Source: Epiperipatus broadwayi
Lineage: Eukaryota > Animalia > Onychophora
Reading direction: 5' to 3'
DNA length: 64,000 nucleotides
Assembly (NCBI GenBank): GCA_028023455.1
Contig: JAQFVV010000008.1
Coordinates: forward strand, 14,322,001-14,386,000
A model generated the notes under the pieces. The model worked only from the letters and a program-made list of their open reading frames with translations, was not told where the DNA came from and searched no databases. This document shows, in pieces, positions 1 to 14,022 of the stretch (positions are counted from its first letter, which is position 1; every line of letters starts with the position of its first letter). The position numbers and the translations under genes were made by a program.

Positions 1-299
1 TTACCACAGAAATAAAATGCAAAAATACTTTTGATCTGCACTAATGATTCTAATTTCTTTCTTTGTAGTCAAATAAAGTCTGGAGTGTTAAGTAATGATA
101 AAGGTGATGAAATTTGCCATTGATAGTTTGATTAAAAGAAACTGATTTCTATAATAATCTGCCAGTTAGAACACATAAAAAAATTTCTGGCAAAGCTATA
201 GAAATTGGCAGGATTTTCCAGTTAATTTATTGCTATATATTTGATTTTCTAAGTGAAACAGATCCATTGATGCTGAAGAAGTTCTGAACAATTGTTTAT

Positions 300-1720
300 T
301 TCCAAGAATGAATTACAATACCCCTCATTTTTATTACTACATTATCATATGCCAAAAATAGACATATATAATTGCATGAAAAGCTTCAGGTAATGATGGA
401 GTTATTATAAATATTTAAAAGAAGCAGGCAAATATACAGAAAAATTGTTGGCAAAGCTATATGCTAAATGTATCAGATGATTGGAACAATATAATAATGA
501 TAATTAAAGATGTTTAAAAAGGAAGATATTAGAAATTATTGACTGGTTAGATTTCTGTATTAAAAAGTAATTATACATCACATGCAAATGTTAAAAGAAG
601 TTATAGAAGGATGAATGAGTATGAATGTCATTTTAGACAGCTATCCTTGACATCTGATTGGCTGGCAGTTATGTGTTGTAACGAGCGTTAGAGATTTGGC
701 AGTATCTCGATTTATTTCATTACACTTTAGATTTTGGATATGAGTAAAGTTTTAAAATATTAAATCTAAACTTACGATATGAAATTCTGAAGAATATTTA
801 TCCAGAGCATTGATTAGATTTTTTGATTACAGCAAGATTAACATTGAATAAGGGTGTTTAGCAGTTATTTCATCTCTCCAAACTTTTTTGGTAATATTGT
901 TGTAGTTTAAATGAGAAGTTAAGAGAATAAAAAGTAGAGATTACTTAAATCATTTAAATTTTTTTCAAATGATGTTTTTATAAATAATAATTTAGAGTTT
1001 CAAGCAATATTACAATAATTGCCGATTAAAACAAGAAAATAGGACTAAAAATAAATGCTAAAAAAAATAATAGGCATTGGTTTGTTTGTTTTTTAAAGTG
1101 GGAAAATATAAATAAATAATTAATGAATTATAAGTTAACACTTATGTTTTCCTGGTCAGATTATCAATGCAGATTAAAATATAATGAATGTAATTAATCA
1201 TAGACTGAAATTTGAATGGAATGTATTTGATAGAAATAATTTAATATTAAAAAGACTGGTTTATAAAAGGATTTCTTTTATATGTATGTTTTAGCATTGC
1301 TTTCTTATGGATCTGACAGTTGGATACTTAATAGAAGAAGAATCCAGAAATTTCAAAATAGCAGAGCATGGTTTGATATATATGGAAAGTAATAAGCCAA
1401 GGATCAAAACAAAATACATGAAACCATTGAAAGAATTAAGAAGCTGAAATGAATTCGGATTAGACATGCTATTAGAAATGACAATAGATTATTAACTGAA
1501 GTCGAAAATTTGATCTTAAAACATTGTAAATATCTAGAAAAAGATCATATATGAGATAAAGAAATTTTTTGGAGTGATGTGGAGAAGAGAAACTATAAAT
1601 CAGAGAAATTGTATTAAATTTGGGGAGTTCATCATGCAGTAAATTGGTAATAATTGAAAATGATGATCTAAAAATATGATGAAACTTCAAGCAATAGACT
1701 TGCATATAAAGTGTCAGTGA
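300..1720 (+). mobile_element. Heavily decayed RTE-type LINE reverse transcriptase remnant (boundaries approximate)
   Basis: Stop-ridden translations in the expected order resemble FKKGD..NYRP (~515-545), KGVRQG..ISPKLF (~850-890), LxYGSETW (~1300-1325) and KLKW..GH..R..D.R (~1440-1500). Confidence 0.65.
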
Positions 1721-1799
1721 TAGGATGTCAGAAGAAATTTTAAGGAAGTTTTTTTTGAGAATTCAGAGTAAATTTTGATGTAGTTAAGTAAAAAGCATA

Positions 1800-2380
1800 A
1801 TTTGGTTAAGCAAATATTTTTTTGATCTAGAGCGAGGAATTTTCAAATTGTCATTATCCAAAGTGCTTTTGAAATCTATTTGGATAGCATGCCTGATGGT
1901 CTCATGAAGATCTAAAATTAAATGCTACACATGACACTTATACTTTGAAGATCGACAACGTTCTAAAGCATGTTTCTATGTAAAATCTTGGCTTGAATGT
2001 TCTTTATTGCTATTAGTTGGAGAGTCTGCCAGTGTTTGAACTTGAATGGTATTTTTTTGTAACTTCATCAAATTATGCATGAAGATGTGTGATGTTTGTA
2101 AAGACTAAAAATATTGCACAGTTAAGTCTTTGGATTTGCAATTGAACTTTAATCAAAACAATTAGGAAAGATGTAGGTTATCCCAGATTATGAAGATAAA
2201 TTTCAAATAGTATCATCTGAGTGAATAAATTGTGTCCGAAGAAGTGTAGGATTGGTGCTTTCACTTGATTGGTATTATTCACACATATGTTCAATCCTTG
2301 ACTGTGACTAAAATGATTGGGTGGTATAATTGATTGTAATTCCATCTAATTATTCAAAGATAGAATTATATTCTTCATTT
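1800..2380 (-). mobile_element. Possible Penelope-like GIY-YIG endonuclease remnant
   Basis: Minus strand ~2060-2000 reads, with frameshifts, KKY..QTGR...IKEH, resembling the YIGQTGR.L..RIKEH motif; very degenerate. Confidence 0.25.
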
Positions 2381-4178
2381 TTTGGACATTATCTTTTCAC
2401 AATATATTAAAGAGCTGATCATATTTGTTCAATAATTAGTCTATTTATAGAATTAATTGATGTATAATTTGATTGTTATATATATTTTTTATTATACTGA
2501 GTCAAGTCAAATTAAAATAAGAGCTTTATAAAATTATTTTTGCTGCAGACTTGCTTGCAATACAGATCAATTGAATCAAGATGCAAGAAATTATTATTTA
2601 TATAATGTGGCATGTCAAGGGTGATTTTTTTTCCCTCTCATTTTTATATTAAATATTAATTACAAACGTAATGCTAATTTCAGTACATGACACCAATCTA
2701 TGATCAGAACAGTATATAGGAATTGTTATTGTATTGAGTATCTACAAAATGATATAAATTAAGATAGATGAAATATTTTTCACAAAATTACATCTATCAG
2801 TTGGAAAAATCAATAATGCAGGTTGCAGAAGTTAATTTATCATGTGGGAAAATTTACCCATGAAGAATTGAAGTTGCTGTTATAATACATGCATAATTTT
2901 GATTCAACAATTTGGTGATATTTTAAATGATCTAGGATGGTGATTGTTGTTTGACATGTGTGCAATTTAATGTGATATTGAAAGCAGAAAATGAGAATCT
3001 GTAAGCTGTTTCTTGGAAAATACAAATAAGCAAATGAGAAGTTGTCTAAGGATTAGACACATTTATAATATTCAAACTTGATATTTTGCTTCTTATAGAT
3101 TATGGATGTTTAAGGTAAATTTTTTTTGCATATTATGAACTTTTTCTCAAAAATTTAACATTTAAAATTATTGATAATATTGTTAGATATTTTCTAACTC
3201 TTTAGTCTTTTTTTTTTTTTTTATCGATTCTGATTAGTCTTATTGTCATCAGGAGTACACTCTGAGTCAGATTCTTATTTTGTAAAAAAAATGACTGTAT
3301 TGATGAGATTTTTTTATGACCACATGTCTATCATTCTTTTGAATAAACTGATTCTCAAATGATGTAGATTGACCAATAAAATACAAGCACTCTAGATCTT
3401 CAACAAACATTCTTTGATTTCTCAATTTTTAAAATAGATTAATTTTATGGCACATCATTGTCAAAATTTTATGAATCATTACAATTAATGTCTATATCAT
3501 GAATGTTTAGAATTTAAATTTTCATTTTGCTTTATGATACTGTGTATAACAATATTAGTACAAGAGTTATTTGACCTGATATAAAGCACTCTCTATTACT
3601 AACAAGAAATTCATGTTAATCGATTCCTATTTTTATAACAGCTTTATATATATAAATATGAAAGTATGTGTTTACATAAACAAATACACATGATTATTTT
3701 CAAATGAACTTGTAGAATTCATTAATGAGATTTTATTGTGGTTTGTTTTTACATTTGTCAATTTATTTGTTGTAAATTCAATTGCTTAGGTCAAATAATG
3801 GATGCGAAAGGCAATTTACAGTTAACTAAATATTTCAAGAATTGAATAATCTTCCATTTAATAAAGTTATTGTGAATGCATTATTTTGTTAGAAAAATCT
3901 GGTCATTTAAAATTAAAGATAATTTTTAGAAATGCACAAATATGACACAATATTGGTTTTAAACATATAAGAAATTAATAACAATTACTAGCAAATAATT
4001 TTTTTGGCTAACATTATATAAGTTTATATATAAATATTATATGTAGCATTGTTTATTCTAGCATAAATTAATTTTCAACATATTTCAGTTATTGGGTCAA
4101 ATGCATATTGGGGCTTTTCTGTTTGTAAAAACAAACAGGAAACCATTGACACAGAAAAATCACTAGATGAATGCTTCT

Positions 4179-4505
4179 AATTGCTACAGTAATCCATGCA
4201 AGATGTTCCAAATTTGTTCGCTTATATTTCAATAACAAATTATTTTTTTTAGAGTAATAATGAGTGGACCCCAATGAAGAGATTTAACTGTAATTTTTAT
4301 AGTGTAGAATTCTTGGAATTCAGTCATTACTACCCTGAATTGCTTCTGTAATCCATGCAAGGTGTTTCAAATTTGGTTGCTTATATTTCAATAACAAATT
4401 ATTTTCTTTAGGGTAATAATAATGAGTTGACTTTACAAATATATTTAAATATAATTTTTATAGTGTAGAATTCTTCTTGAAATTCAGTTATTATGGCCTT
4501 GAATT
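4179..4505. repeat. Diverged two-copy tandem duplication, period ~159 bp
   Basis: aatccatgcaag at 4191 and 4350; cttatatttcaataacaaattatttt and taatttttatagtgtagaattctt are each repeated. Confidence 0.9.
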
Positions 4506-4765
4506 AAAAAATAATGTTGAAGCTAGAATAGTAATTAGGTCCTTCTGTCAATTAATCTCTCTCTGAATAAATAGTCTCTTATTTAATCTTACAGACACAC
4601 ATTCCTATTGTTGATTCGTGAAAATATATTTTCTTTACTTTTATTAGAAAAATTTTTTTTTTCTACAATGCTCTTATAAATTATTTATGTATTTTTAGAT
4701 AATTTTTTAATTTTTGAAATGCTTTTTTTAATCTTCATAACTATTATTATTATTTATCTTTTAAG

Positions 4766-4821
4766 CATACAAGACTGTTTCAGGTGTTAATGGACCTTTA
4801 GTGATATTGGATGATGTCAAA
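4766..4821 (+). CDS. ATP6V1B: V-type proton ATPase subunit B, internal coding exon (56 nt)
   Basis: ttttaag|CA TAC AAG ACT...GTC AAA|gtaaga encodes (T)YKTVSGVNGPLVILDDVK, the conserved V1-B N-terminal motif; phase 1 to 0. Confidence 0.97.
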
Positions 4822-7800
4822 GTAAGATTTTTGTATGTTAAAATATGTAAATTTTCCCTTATGGTGCATATATTTGTATGCATAATTGCAATTATTTGTG
4901 AAAATAAAGTATTAATTTAAAAAAAAAAAAAGAATTCTTATTTAAGGAATTATTTTAAAAACAAATTTATTTAGATATTAATTTTACAACATTTACAAAC
5001 ATTTTCAATAAATATAGAATTAATAAACAAATGTATAAGAAAATATATATGAAATAATAATAAATAAAATTTTGAGTATTACTGGAAAAATATTAAATAT
5101 CTCACATCCTGATAAAAAATTATGAATTAGTTAACTGATTCCAGAAATTTTTGATTATAGTCAGAAGTATAAATTCAGAGACTATATATGTCAACAATAA
5201 TTATGATTTTATCTTTTAAATAAAAAATAAATGGCCTTTTAATGCAGTCTTAAGACATATTATGATGATTAATGGCAGATCAATGAATCATCATTGCAAA
5301 TAGATATTAAACAGTCTAAGATCTTCATACAAAAAGATAAAAATAATTATTTTAAATTTAGAGGCTATGTATCAATGATTTTTTTTTTTGTAGGTATAAA
5401 ACAGTCCAAGGTTTATTTAAAAAAATTTTATTTCTAGAATTTGAGTAAATATTGATGAACTTATTATTATTTAAGATGTTTGTTATTTATAAATATTTTT
5501 TTTTTAATTTAGTAATTGAAGAACATATTTTATGTTTAAAAGATAATATATTATATTATGCAGCCTCGAGTTTCTATTTTCAACTACAAAACAAAATTTT
5601 TGAAATCATTTTAGTTAAACATCTCTTAATTTTTTACTAGGATGTGTGATGTTTTCTTTATAAATATTTTTGATATTTAAAATATTAATTAATTATAAAT
5701 TATTTAATGCAATATTTATTAGATTAATATCTTCAATTAGTCTATATTTTTTAAGAACTGTAGGCAATTTTGAATAATTTTTTTTTTTTGAGAGTGATAT
5801 GAACATTAAAAATGTTATGATTTTTTAAAATAAATTCTAAGTTGCATTGAAATGTGTTTATGTAAGGTGTATATGATATTTTATTTAAAATACAAATACT
5901 TTCATCTTTATAGCTTTATCATTAGTGGAATTATTTTTTTCTTTTTCCAAAGAGTTAAATTGAAATGTATTACCCTTAATATTATCATTTATCAATGTTT
6001 ATCATTAAAATAAATGTATTTATGGAGAAACAAATATTTTCTCATTAAGTTTTAGTGTAAATAATTTTTTTTAAGGATTGTTTTTCTATTTACTGATCCA
6101 GTTTCAAATGAAGAATATTTTATATTTCAAATATAATTAATACATATGGTTTTGTAGTTATTTTTAGGACTTAAAATAATAATATGAAATTTATTTGTTA
6201 TAAATGTAAACAGCCAAAAATTTTAAAACAATCTTTTGAACTGAGAATAGGATGTCTGACTATATTTATTTGTTGATTTATGGTAACACATGTAATTTGC
6301 ATCAAAGATCTTGATCTTTTTCTGAAAAAAATGAGAAAAGATATATTCTACAAAATTAATAAAATAGATTCTTGAATATAATGCAGATAAAATACAATTA
6401 ATAATGCCATGTTTTATTTAGTGAATTTAATCACCTTACATGATCAGGAATGTGATGACAGCATTTATTTGGGAGTTTATTGAAATTAAATGGTAATTGT
6501 TTTTATTAATTATCTTATGCTCTAGATGATATTGTTAATGATTGGCTAAAATAATGATGATGATGATAATAATAAGTATTTATATAACTTGTTGGTAATA
6601 ATGTTTTACAAATAAGAAATATGTGAAAATAAAATAATGAAAAAAGTATTTATAATACTGAAAATTAATATATATATTTTAAGTCCAATGCTTTATGCTA
6701 TTGCTGAATATTTTTTTTATAAAATTGTTTGAAAAATACAAATGCTTGAATTTTTTATTTAAACACTCTAGTAATTTCTTTGAATATTTATTAATTTAAC
6801 ACAGGAAATCCTACAAATAGTATTTCTAAATATAATACAAACATTAATTTTACATTTATCTTACAAGATTATTTAATATTTCTTCTTTTCTATAAAAAAT
6901 TATGAAAGATATCTGCATAATAATTTTTTGATAAGTAAGTTGAAATCATTATTTTTCTATATATAAAATTAATCTTATTGATTGAGCATTCTCACATTTT
7001 ATTAAAAACCAATTTTTGATTGAAATTGTTAACAGCAGATTTATTGTAAAGTGAGTTTTTAAAACAAATAAGGACAGAAATAGAGAAAGATGATAATTTT
7101 GAAGCAATTATTGTAAACTTAAAAATTTATTTGATTTGCACCAAACACCAGATAAAATTATCAAGTTTTTTTTTTTGTTAATCAATTAAAAAAAAAAAGT
7201 TTTATTAATTGAATTGTAGTTATTATGAACAAAATAAATTTTATCATTCATATAATAATTCAGACCCTTTTCTCACACCCTAAAAAATTATATTGCAGAA
7301 TTATAAAAAACAAACTATAGCCATCTTGATTTAAATTTTGACTACTCTCGGACCTTGGGTCTTTGGGTAGGATGTTGGAGATAACGCGATGAAGTACATG
7401 ACCTATGATTGCACCTACTTTTAATAGACCAGCTCAATATTCATCAGTTAAACTCAAATGCAATTTGGGTCAGTTCATCTCCATACCCTAAACCCTCTTT
7501 TGGTTCCGTTATTCCTGGAATTCAAACCCAGGGAGAATTTGAATTTGACTCTGTTAACAGAGATGCACCCATGTCATCTGATGACTACCATATAGATTAC
7601 AATTAGTATAATGTATCTAGTAATCAACCAACAAAATTTCGATTCTATTTTATATTATATCATATATATGTGTGTATATTTGAGGCTATAGATTAATGAG
7701 TGAATACAAAATCGAATTAATAAATTAGAAACCGAATCGAAATTAATAAATTCACTAACATTTATTATGGAACAAACATAAAAATTATAAGTTCGAAATA

Positions 7801-7891
7801 TTTCAACAATATATATATACACAAAAGAAAAAAAAAATATTGGAGTCAGTAATGAACTTCTATCGTACCCATAATCCTTAGATAAAAATCC

Positions 7892-7951
7892 ATGTTGATG
7901 ATACCAATTATCTACAATATTATGTTGATGATACCAATTATCTACAATATT
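7892..7951. repeat. Perfect 30-bp tandem duplication
   Basis: atgttgatgataccaattatctacaatatt x2. Confidence 0.95.
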
Positions 7952-8014
7952 AAGTCTAAATAACCAATTTATATTTTTACATTGTCATATCTATTTTTAT
8001 CTTAGTTTATATAC

Positions 8015-8054
8015 TTTGGTCAGTGTTTGACTTCCTCATGATCCCTTCCAAAAT
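8015..8054 (-). CDS. Candidate antisense exon (40 nt)
   Basis: acatag|ATT TTG GAA...CAA A|gtatat encodes ILEGIMRKSNTDQ; phase 0 matches the upstream 8228 candidate; weak donor. Confidence 0.2.
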
Positions 8055-8227
8055 CTATGTACAATTTATCATATGATAGTAAAAGTTATTCAGCAAAGGG
8101 GTTAATCATTGATACAGAAGAACAGATGTAACGATTTGTTAATATATACTGTATATAACAAACAAGATAAATTATGTCTTAATAAAGTGTATGTATTCAA
8201 TGTAGTTTAATAATAATAAAGTCTTAC

Positions 8228-8314
8228 CTTGTTATCATATGATAAATAGTCAAATGTCAGTGCTATGATTGGAGAAAGGCTAATATAGATTTTATTTACA
8301 AAAGAACCTTTTAA
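8228..8314 (-). CDS. Candidate antisense exon (87 nt, or 52 nt with the acceptor at 8279)
   Basis: ttttag|TTA AAA GGT...AAC AAG|gtaaga gives the open frame LKGSFVNKIYISLSPIIALTFDYLSYDNK; strong donor. Confidence 0.3.
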
Positions 8315-10099
8315 CTAAAATTAACCATCTTCTTTTTTTCAACTTCTATTTGAAATGAACTTTCCCAAAGAAACATTTTTAAATCATAGAAAGTTCACAA
8401 TTCCAAGTATAAAAAAAAAATGAAACAAAATATATATATATTTACAAGAGTAAAAAATTCAAATTACATAATCAAGATTTTACAATCTCTTTAAATCGAT
8501 TTAATTAAAATTTGTGAGTTAAGAAAAGTCCTTCATATGTATAGTTCATGCATTACAGATGATTATTCTTAAACGAGGTGTAGGCTATCTTCTGGCATCT
8601 GTTCATTGTGTATTTGAAACAGTTATGTTTTGGTCCTCACTTGTTCTTTCCGTAGATTCATCATTAAGCATTCCATATGAGGCAAAAGATGTTTCTTCGG
8701 CATTTCAAGAATGGATTAAGAAAAATATCATGCTTCCATGGCAGGGAAAACAGCGATCCACCTATCACATCATCAATTTAGTTAGAAAACATTTTATAGT
8801 GACTAATTATATATTCTATTTTTAAATCAATCGCAATTGACATTGTATAGATCTTATAAACGATTGATGATTAATTAAAATTCTACTTTGAATATTAGAG
8901 ATCTTTAATGTTCTTTAATTTATGTTCGACTAGAATAGTTATAATTATTTGACAAAATATACATATAAAATGAGTTTCTGACTTTATTCACTCAGATGAA
9001 ATTCTTTACTCTATTTCACTTCAAAAACTTCTTGTACTTATTGCAGTGTCATATGATATTTATATGTTTGAAAATAGCAATTTTCTGAAATAACAAACTC
9101 ATTTTCTCTCGTATTCTAAAAATGTTTTTTACTCTTTTTTATTTTATCTTTTTGTAGTGCATAAGTAATTCGCGAAGATCATGCAAATAAAAATGATGTT
9201 ATATTTATATATTCGCGTAATTCCTGTTGTTTAACATATCCAAATTTTCATTTGCTTTTTGTTGCCGTAATTGTTTATTGTTGTGGATATTATATCACTA
9301 TAATTGATTTAAAAGTCATGTAATAAAGTATCATTTTATTGTCATACTTGTTTGTATAAAAACTGCTTCGACATTTATTTGTTTCATTACTTAACAATTG
9401 TCAGTTCTTATCATTTCATTATTTGGTTTAGTGATGCATAAGACGATAAAGACAAGTACATTATTAACATATATTTATATTATCTGCATATTAATTATAA
9501 TTTATTATTTTAAGCTATATGAGTAGTTATGAATTGGTTTGGTCAGGCTTGATTATAATAAGTTAAATTTAAGTGCCTTTCTTCATATTTGTTAATGACT
9601 GTATGGTAAGAATTTAAAAGGGAATGGTTTTATTTTTTGCTTTGCATAAATTACAATATATAGTTTTGAATGTTTTAATAATCAAAGCTGTATACAATTT
9701 TTTTTTGCTAAAAGTAAGTTAAAGAAGCAAGGCTCAGGCTATTATGACCAGCATAATATTCTGTTCTACATTGATGATTGTCTTTGCTTCTGTAGCAATG
9801 TATTTAATATTTTGATAGTATTATAAACTTTAATGAAACCTTCACATTATATAGCTAAAGTTAATTGCTTCTAAAACACTTATAATTTCATGAATGATTA
9901 ATGTTTATATTTTATGTTTATAAATTTAGAAAAGGCTTTTGGTACTGGTTTAATTAATAATCTTAAACATATGAACTAGTGATGCCATGGAAAATATGTA
10001 ATAGCAATAAAATAAAAAACAGAGAAATCCAAAATATATTTAAAATAATATTTTTCTCAAATAGTAAGACCTATTTTATATTACTTTTTAATCACAATT

Positions 10100-10660
10100 G
10101 GATTTTAAAAGCTGTAGGTAATTATTGCTAAAAGTGTCATCAAGATTTGCAATAAATATAAGTGACAATTTCAGATGAAAAATTAAGCAATATATATGTC
10201 AAAGTAGGAAAAAAAGATTAGTGCAAAGTGTGCTTCCTTATGGAGTGAAAACATATGTATGGAGATGGTGATATTGTAAAATATGATTGCAGAGGATCAC
10301 TAATAATGAAATAAAATGTAAGCTAAACTCTAGTAAATAATGTGACCAAAAAAGAGGGAAAGCTTGAAATGATTTCTATGTATAAAGTTGATAGGGAGAT
10401 GTTACATTGTCAATGATAACAAAGAAAAAAAAAAATTATTAGCAGAATATTAAGACTTTAGATATAAAATAGACAGAACACATAATTTCTGAAAGAGTGA
10501 AGATGTTTAGAAAAGAAAATACGAGAGATGGCCAAGAGAGATATGAAAAATTTTCTTATATATATGTGGTATTGTATGAGGTAAAGATAAAAGAGCAGAG
10601 CAAAGGCTTATCTAACAATCCCTCATGAACAGTAAAGAAGGAGGCATTATTTAATAGGCT
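10100..10660 (+). mobile_element. Decayed LINE (RTE-like) 3' fragment (boundaries approximate)
   Basis: cttccttatggagtgaaaacatat reads LPYGVKTY, similar to LLYG.ETW; purine-rich coding-strand bias. Confidence 0.4.
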
Positions 10661-11292
10661 TGCCGACTTTTAAACTACAAGTGTTTGAGAAGTTTTCCAT
10701 CTTGTTTTATTCTCTATCTAAGAAAAGCCGTATATCCATTTGCCAACCAATATTGTATAAATTTCTTGATTGGTTCAGACTAAGACTGATTAGAATCTGT
10801 AAAAATTTTCGAATTTACCTGGGTTGGATTAATAAATTTAGATCTATAGATAATAGAAACAAATATAACTATCATTATGACATGAAAATAAAGAGACCAG
10901 TACATTATTGTTAATTATCTGTAAGATGATATGCCCACTTTTACTTTATTTAAAGCACATTGATAATCTATTTCTGTTAGTTATAATATTGAAATATTTA
11001 TGTGATGAAATCAATGAAAAAATTTTCCACTAACCTATTGAAATTATGAATGCTATATCTATTCATTTCAATTAGATCTGCAATTTCATATATATCAATG
11101 AAGAACTATCAGGGAATATGTTAATATGTATGATGAATTTACCATCTAGATTTATATCCTTGAATAAATTCATAGAAAATGATCTATATATACTGTATAT
11201 ACATAGATTAACAATATGTGGATTCATATTATATAACAAAATATTAGGCTATTCTTTTCTTACTATACATATATTTCTAATAAACAGCTTTA

Positions 11293-12033
11293 CAGTGCCA
11301 GTCTTATCACAGGGCACTTGCCCTGAGCCCTATACTTAATTGTGCATTTTGTCAAAATTCAATAAAATTTAATATAATAATCAACATTTTAAACATATTT
11401 TTAAAACCTATATTATTGTTGTAGGAAATTTATAATAGAGATTGAATTAACAGAATTGTGGTATATTGTAAAAGTGTAGTTTTCTGATAAGTAAAGATTT
11501 TGATAATTACTGCAATGTTCATGATTATACAATGCTATTTTGTTTATTTATTGATCCAAATTTTCATGTTTTGACATGGTTTCATACTGTACTAAATTTA
11601 CCATCAAATTTTATAATAAAAGACAAATATAAAATACACCTATTACATATCACATATATGAAAGAAATTATTTTGTATGTTTTTCTAAGTTAAAATTAAC
11701 AAATAAAATACCTAAGAACTTCTATAACTCAAGAAAAATCACCTAATTTGACATTATTATCAAATCAAAGTGATATAGTTAATGATTTGGCAGAATTAAA
11801 AGTTAGAAAAGTACATTTTATGAAATAATTATTTCACTTTAAATAGATAGAAATCTATTTTATTAATATCTAGTCATCATCTCATCATTGTTACCATTAA
11901 AAAATGTTACTTTATAAGTTTATTAGAATAGATTTGTACCAAGTGTGAAATAGATAAGTAAGATTCTCTGTTCTCATTAAATGGTTTCAATATTGTCTTT
12001 GCCCTGGGTCCTCAAAGTTTAAGACCATCTCTG
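11293..12033. mobile_element. Non-autonomous hAT element (741 bp)
   Basis: Imperfect TIRs cagtgccagtctta / taagaccatctctg (10 of 14 complementary); 8-bp flanking duplication cagcttta / cagcctta (7 of 8); ttgccctg motif near both ends. Confidence 0.75.
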
Positions 12034-13963
12034 CAGCCTTATCAGGTCTGCAAAAGGTTTGAAAAATCTATTAACTATGTTATAATACCAGCCTGAGTTT
12101 TTTATATGTAAGTATTTTAAGAAAGTGAGCTATTTATTTTTAAGATATGAATGTATAAAGGCTGGGGAAATGATCTTAAAACTTTTATATACAATAGAGC
12201 ATGTTTAATAGTGGTATGTGATATTTTATCAATTTATATAAGGACAATGAGATCGTAATTGTTTGTGCCTTATGATGTGTTTTATATTTCTAATTTGAAT
12301 TCAATATATACATGTGAGTGTGTATTAGTGTGCGTACATTTCTAAATTTAGATTGTTTTAAGATATATATAAAGCTTAGGCTGTTGTTATAGAGTAGTTG
12401 GAGATAGTCAAACATCTGCAATGTATGAGGTTTATTATTTTATATTGGATAGTGGTCAGTGATATAAAGCTTGTATATATGCAATAGAGTATGCTATGAT
12501 TGGCATATTATTTATTTATATATGTTGTAGTTACTAAAACTTATATTAAGTATGAGATGTTTTGAAATGATAAGACTGTTTTTAATAGATGTATCATTCA
12601 TAATTTTATTTAAGAACTTACATTATACTATTTGCAGATTTTTTTTTATCATTTGTAAGAGATAGATCATCAAAGAGTTCTAAATGGAATATAATTGAAT
12701 ATATGATTAGGGTTTCCAATATCAATTCTACCTATCCCGGGATCCCAGTATTATTAAAGAAAATTCAATACCATACCAAGAAAAACGATATTTTAATATT
12801 GATTATAATTTGAATCAGGTGTAATTTTAAGAATTTTATAAGATTCAAAATATTTTAAAAAGCTCTACTAGAGTAATTTAGTTTTGTAAATAGTATTATT
12901 ATTTTATTTTATTGCTTTAAAATATAACAAAAAATTTAAGCTAAAAAATATGTATTTAAAAAATTTATCATGGTTTCATATATGGTAATTTTCTATTGCC
13001 ATTTTTAGTCAAAATCTGAAATAAAATTACTGTGAAATATGGTAATTATTGTATACTTTTTAACTTTTATCAGATTCAATTGTATGACATTTTTCCAATG
13101 TTGAATTAAAATTCCATGTAAAGAATAAGATAGATATTTTGGCTCCATTATGTTGATCAACAAATGTTTCATATTCAAAATCACATAACTTGGGCAGCAC
13201 AGAATATCTATATTTTCACTAAATAGAGCTTCGGGCGAACTCAAACATTATTTTTATGAAAAAATCCAGTTTTCTTCCTCAGGAATTCTGTGAATTTTTC
13301 TTTATTCTATCACTCCCCAAAATGTAGTCAGTTGCCCTTTTTAAAATATCTGCTAATGGCATTTTTTGATTAGAATATTATCAAAAATTTGGTCCATGCT
13401 TTTCAGATGACAGCATCAATAATTTATGCTTTTTAAAAGTCTATTTTTTAAAACAAAAGTAACATTTGAATAGTTTTTATTATACTGTTTATTTTCTTTT
13501 ATTTTTTGTTTTGTTAATTTCTTTTAATTTATGCTTTGTCAATTTTTTGAAAAATGAATTTAAGAATGTTTTATTTTTACTTATGTTTTTCTTATTTTGT
13601 TATGGCTTTAAACTTTGTTAAATTGAATAAAATAAGACTTCTTTTGAATACCAAAAATACTGGGATTTTCATTTTTGGTATTGATATCAGTACCAAAATA
13701 CCGGTTTTAGAGAAACTCTTCTGTACTGGAAACTCTCCATATGACTTATCGATAAATAGCAATAAATTTATAAAAGTGTGAATGTTTTGATCCACTTTTA
13801 TCACGTTTACATATAAAATAAAATACTATGTGCTGAAAGTTGTGGTATTCTTTTATTGATAAACAGAGTAAAACTCTCCATACAGTATTGCCACCTGTGC
13901 TAAACAGAGTAATCAATGGTTGCCAGAAGGCTTGTGCATAAAATCCCTATCTAATGCCTATTC

Positions 13964-14022
13964 ATCCAATATCCCCAGACTAGTTTCTGGCTTGTGGCCT
14001 TCGTCAGTGAGGAGCTTTGGAT
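13964..14022 (-). ncRNA. Type I hammerhead ribozyme motif, copy A1 (consensus form)
   Basis: Minus strand ATCCAA-AGC-TCCTCA CTGACGA A GGC cacaa GCC A GAAA CTAG TC| TGGGGA-TA-TTGGAT; stem I 6+6 bp; predicted cut between 13978 and 13977. Confidence 0.8.

Noticed and set aside
3798-3845. ATG-initiated segment as the first V-ATPase B exon
   Set aside because: It reaches a stop after 15 codons, has no SQPRL-like motif and no suitable phase-1 donor
7578-7584. CTGATGA as another hammerhead core or C/D snoRNA box
   Set aside because: No stem II/GAAA or partner box at a suitable spacing
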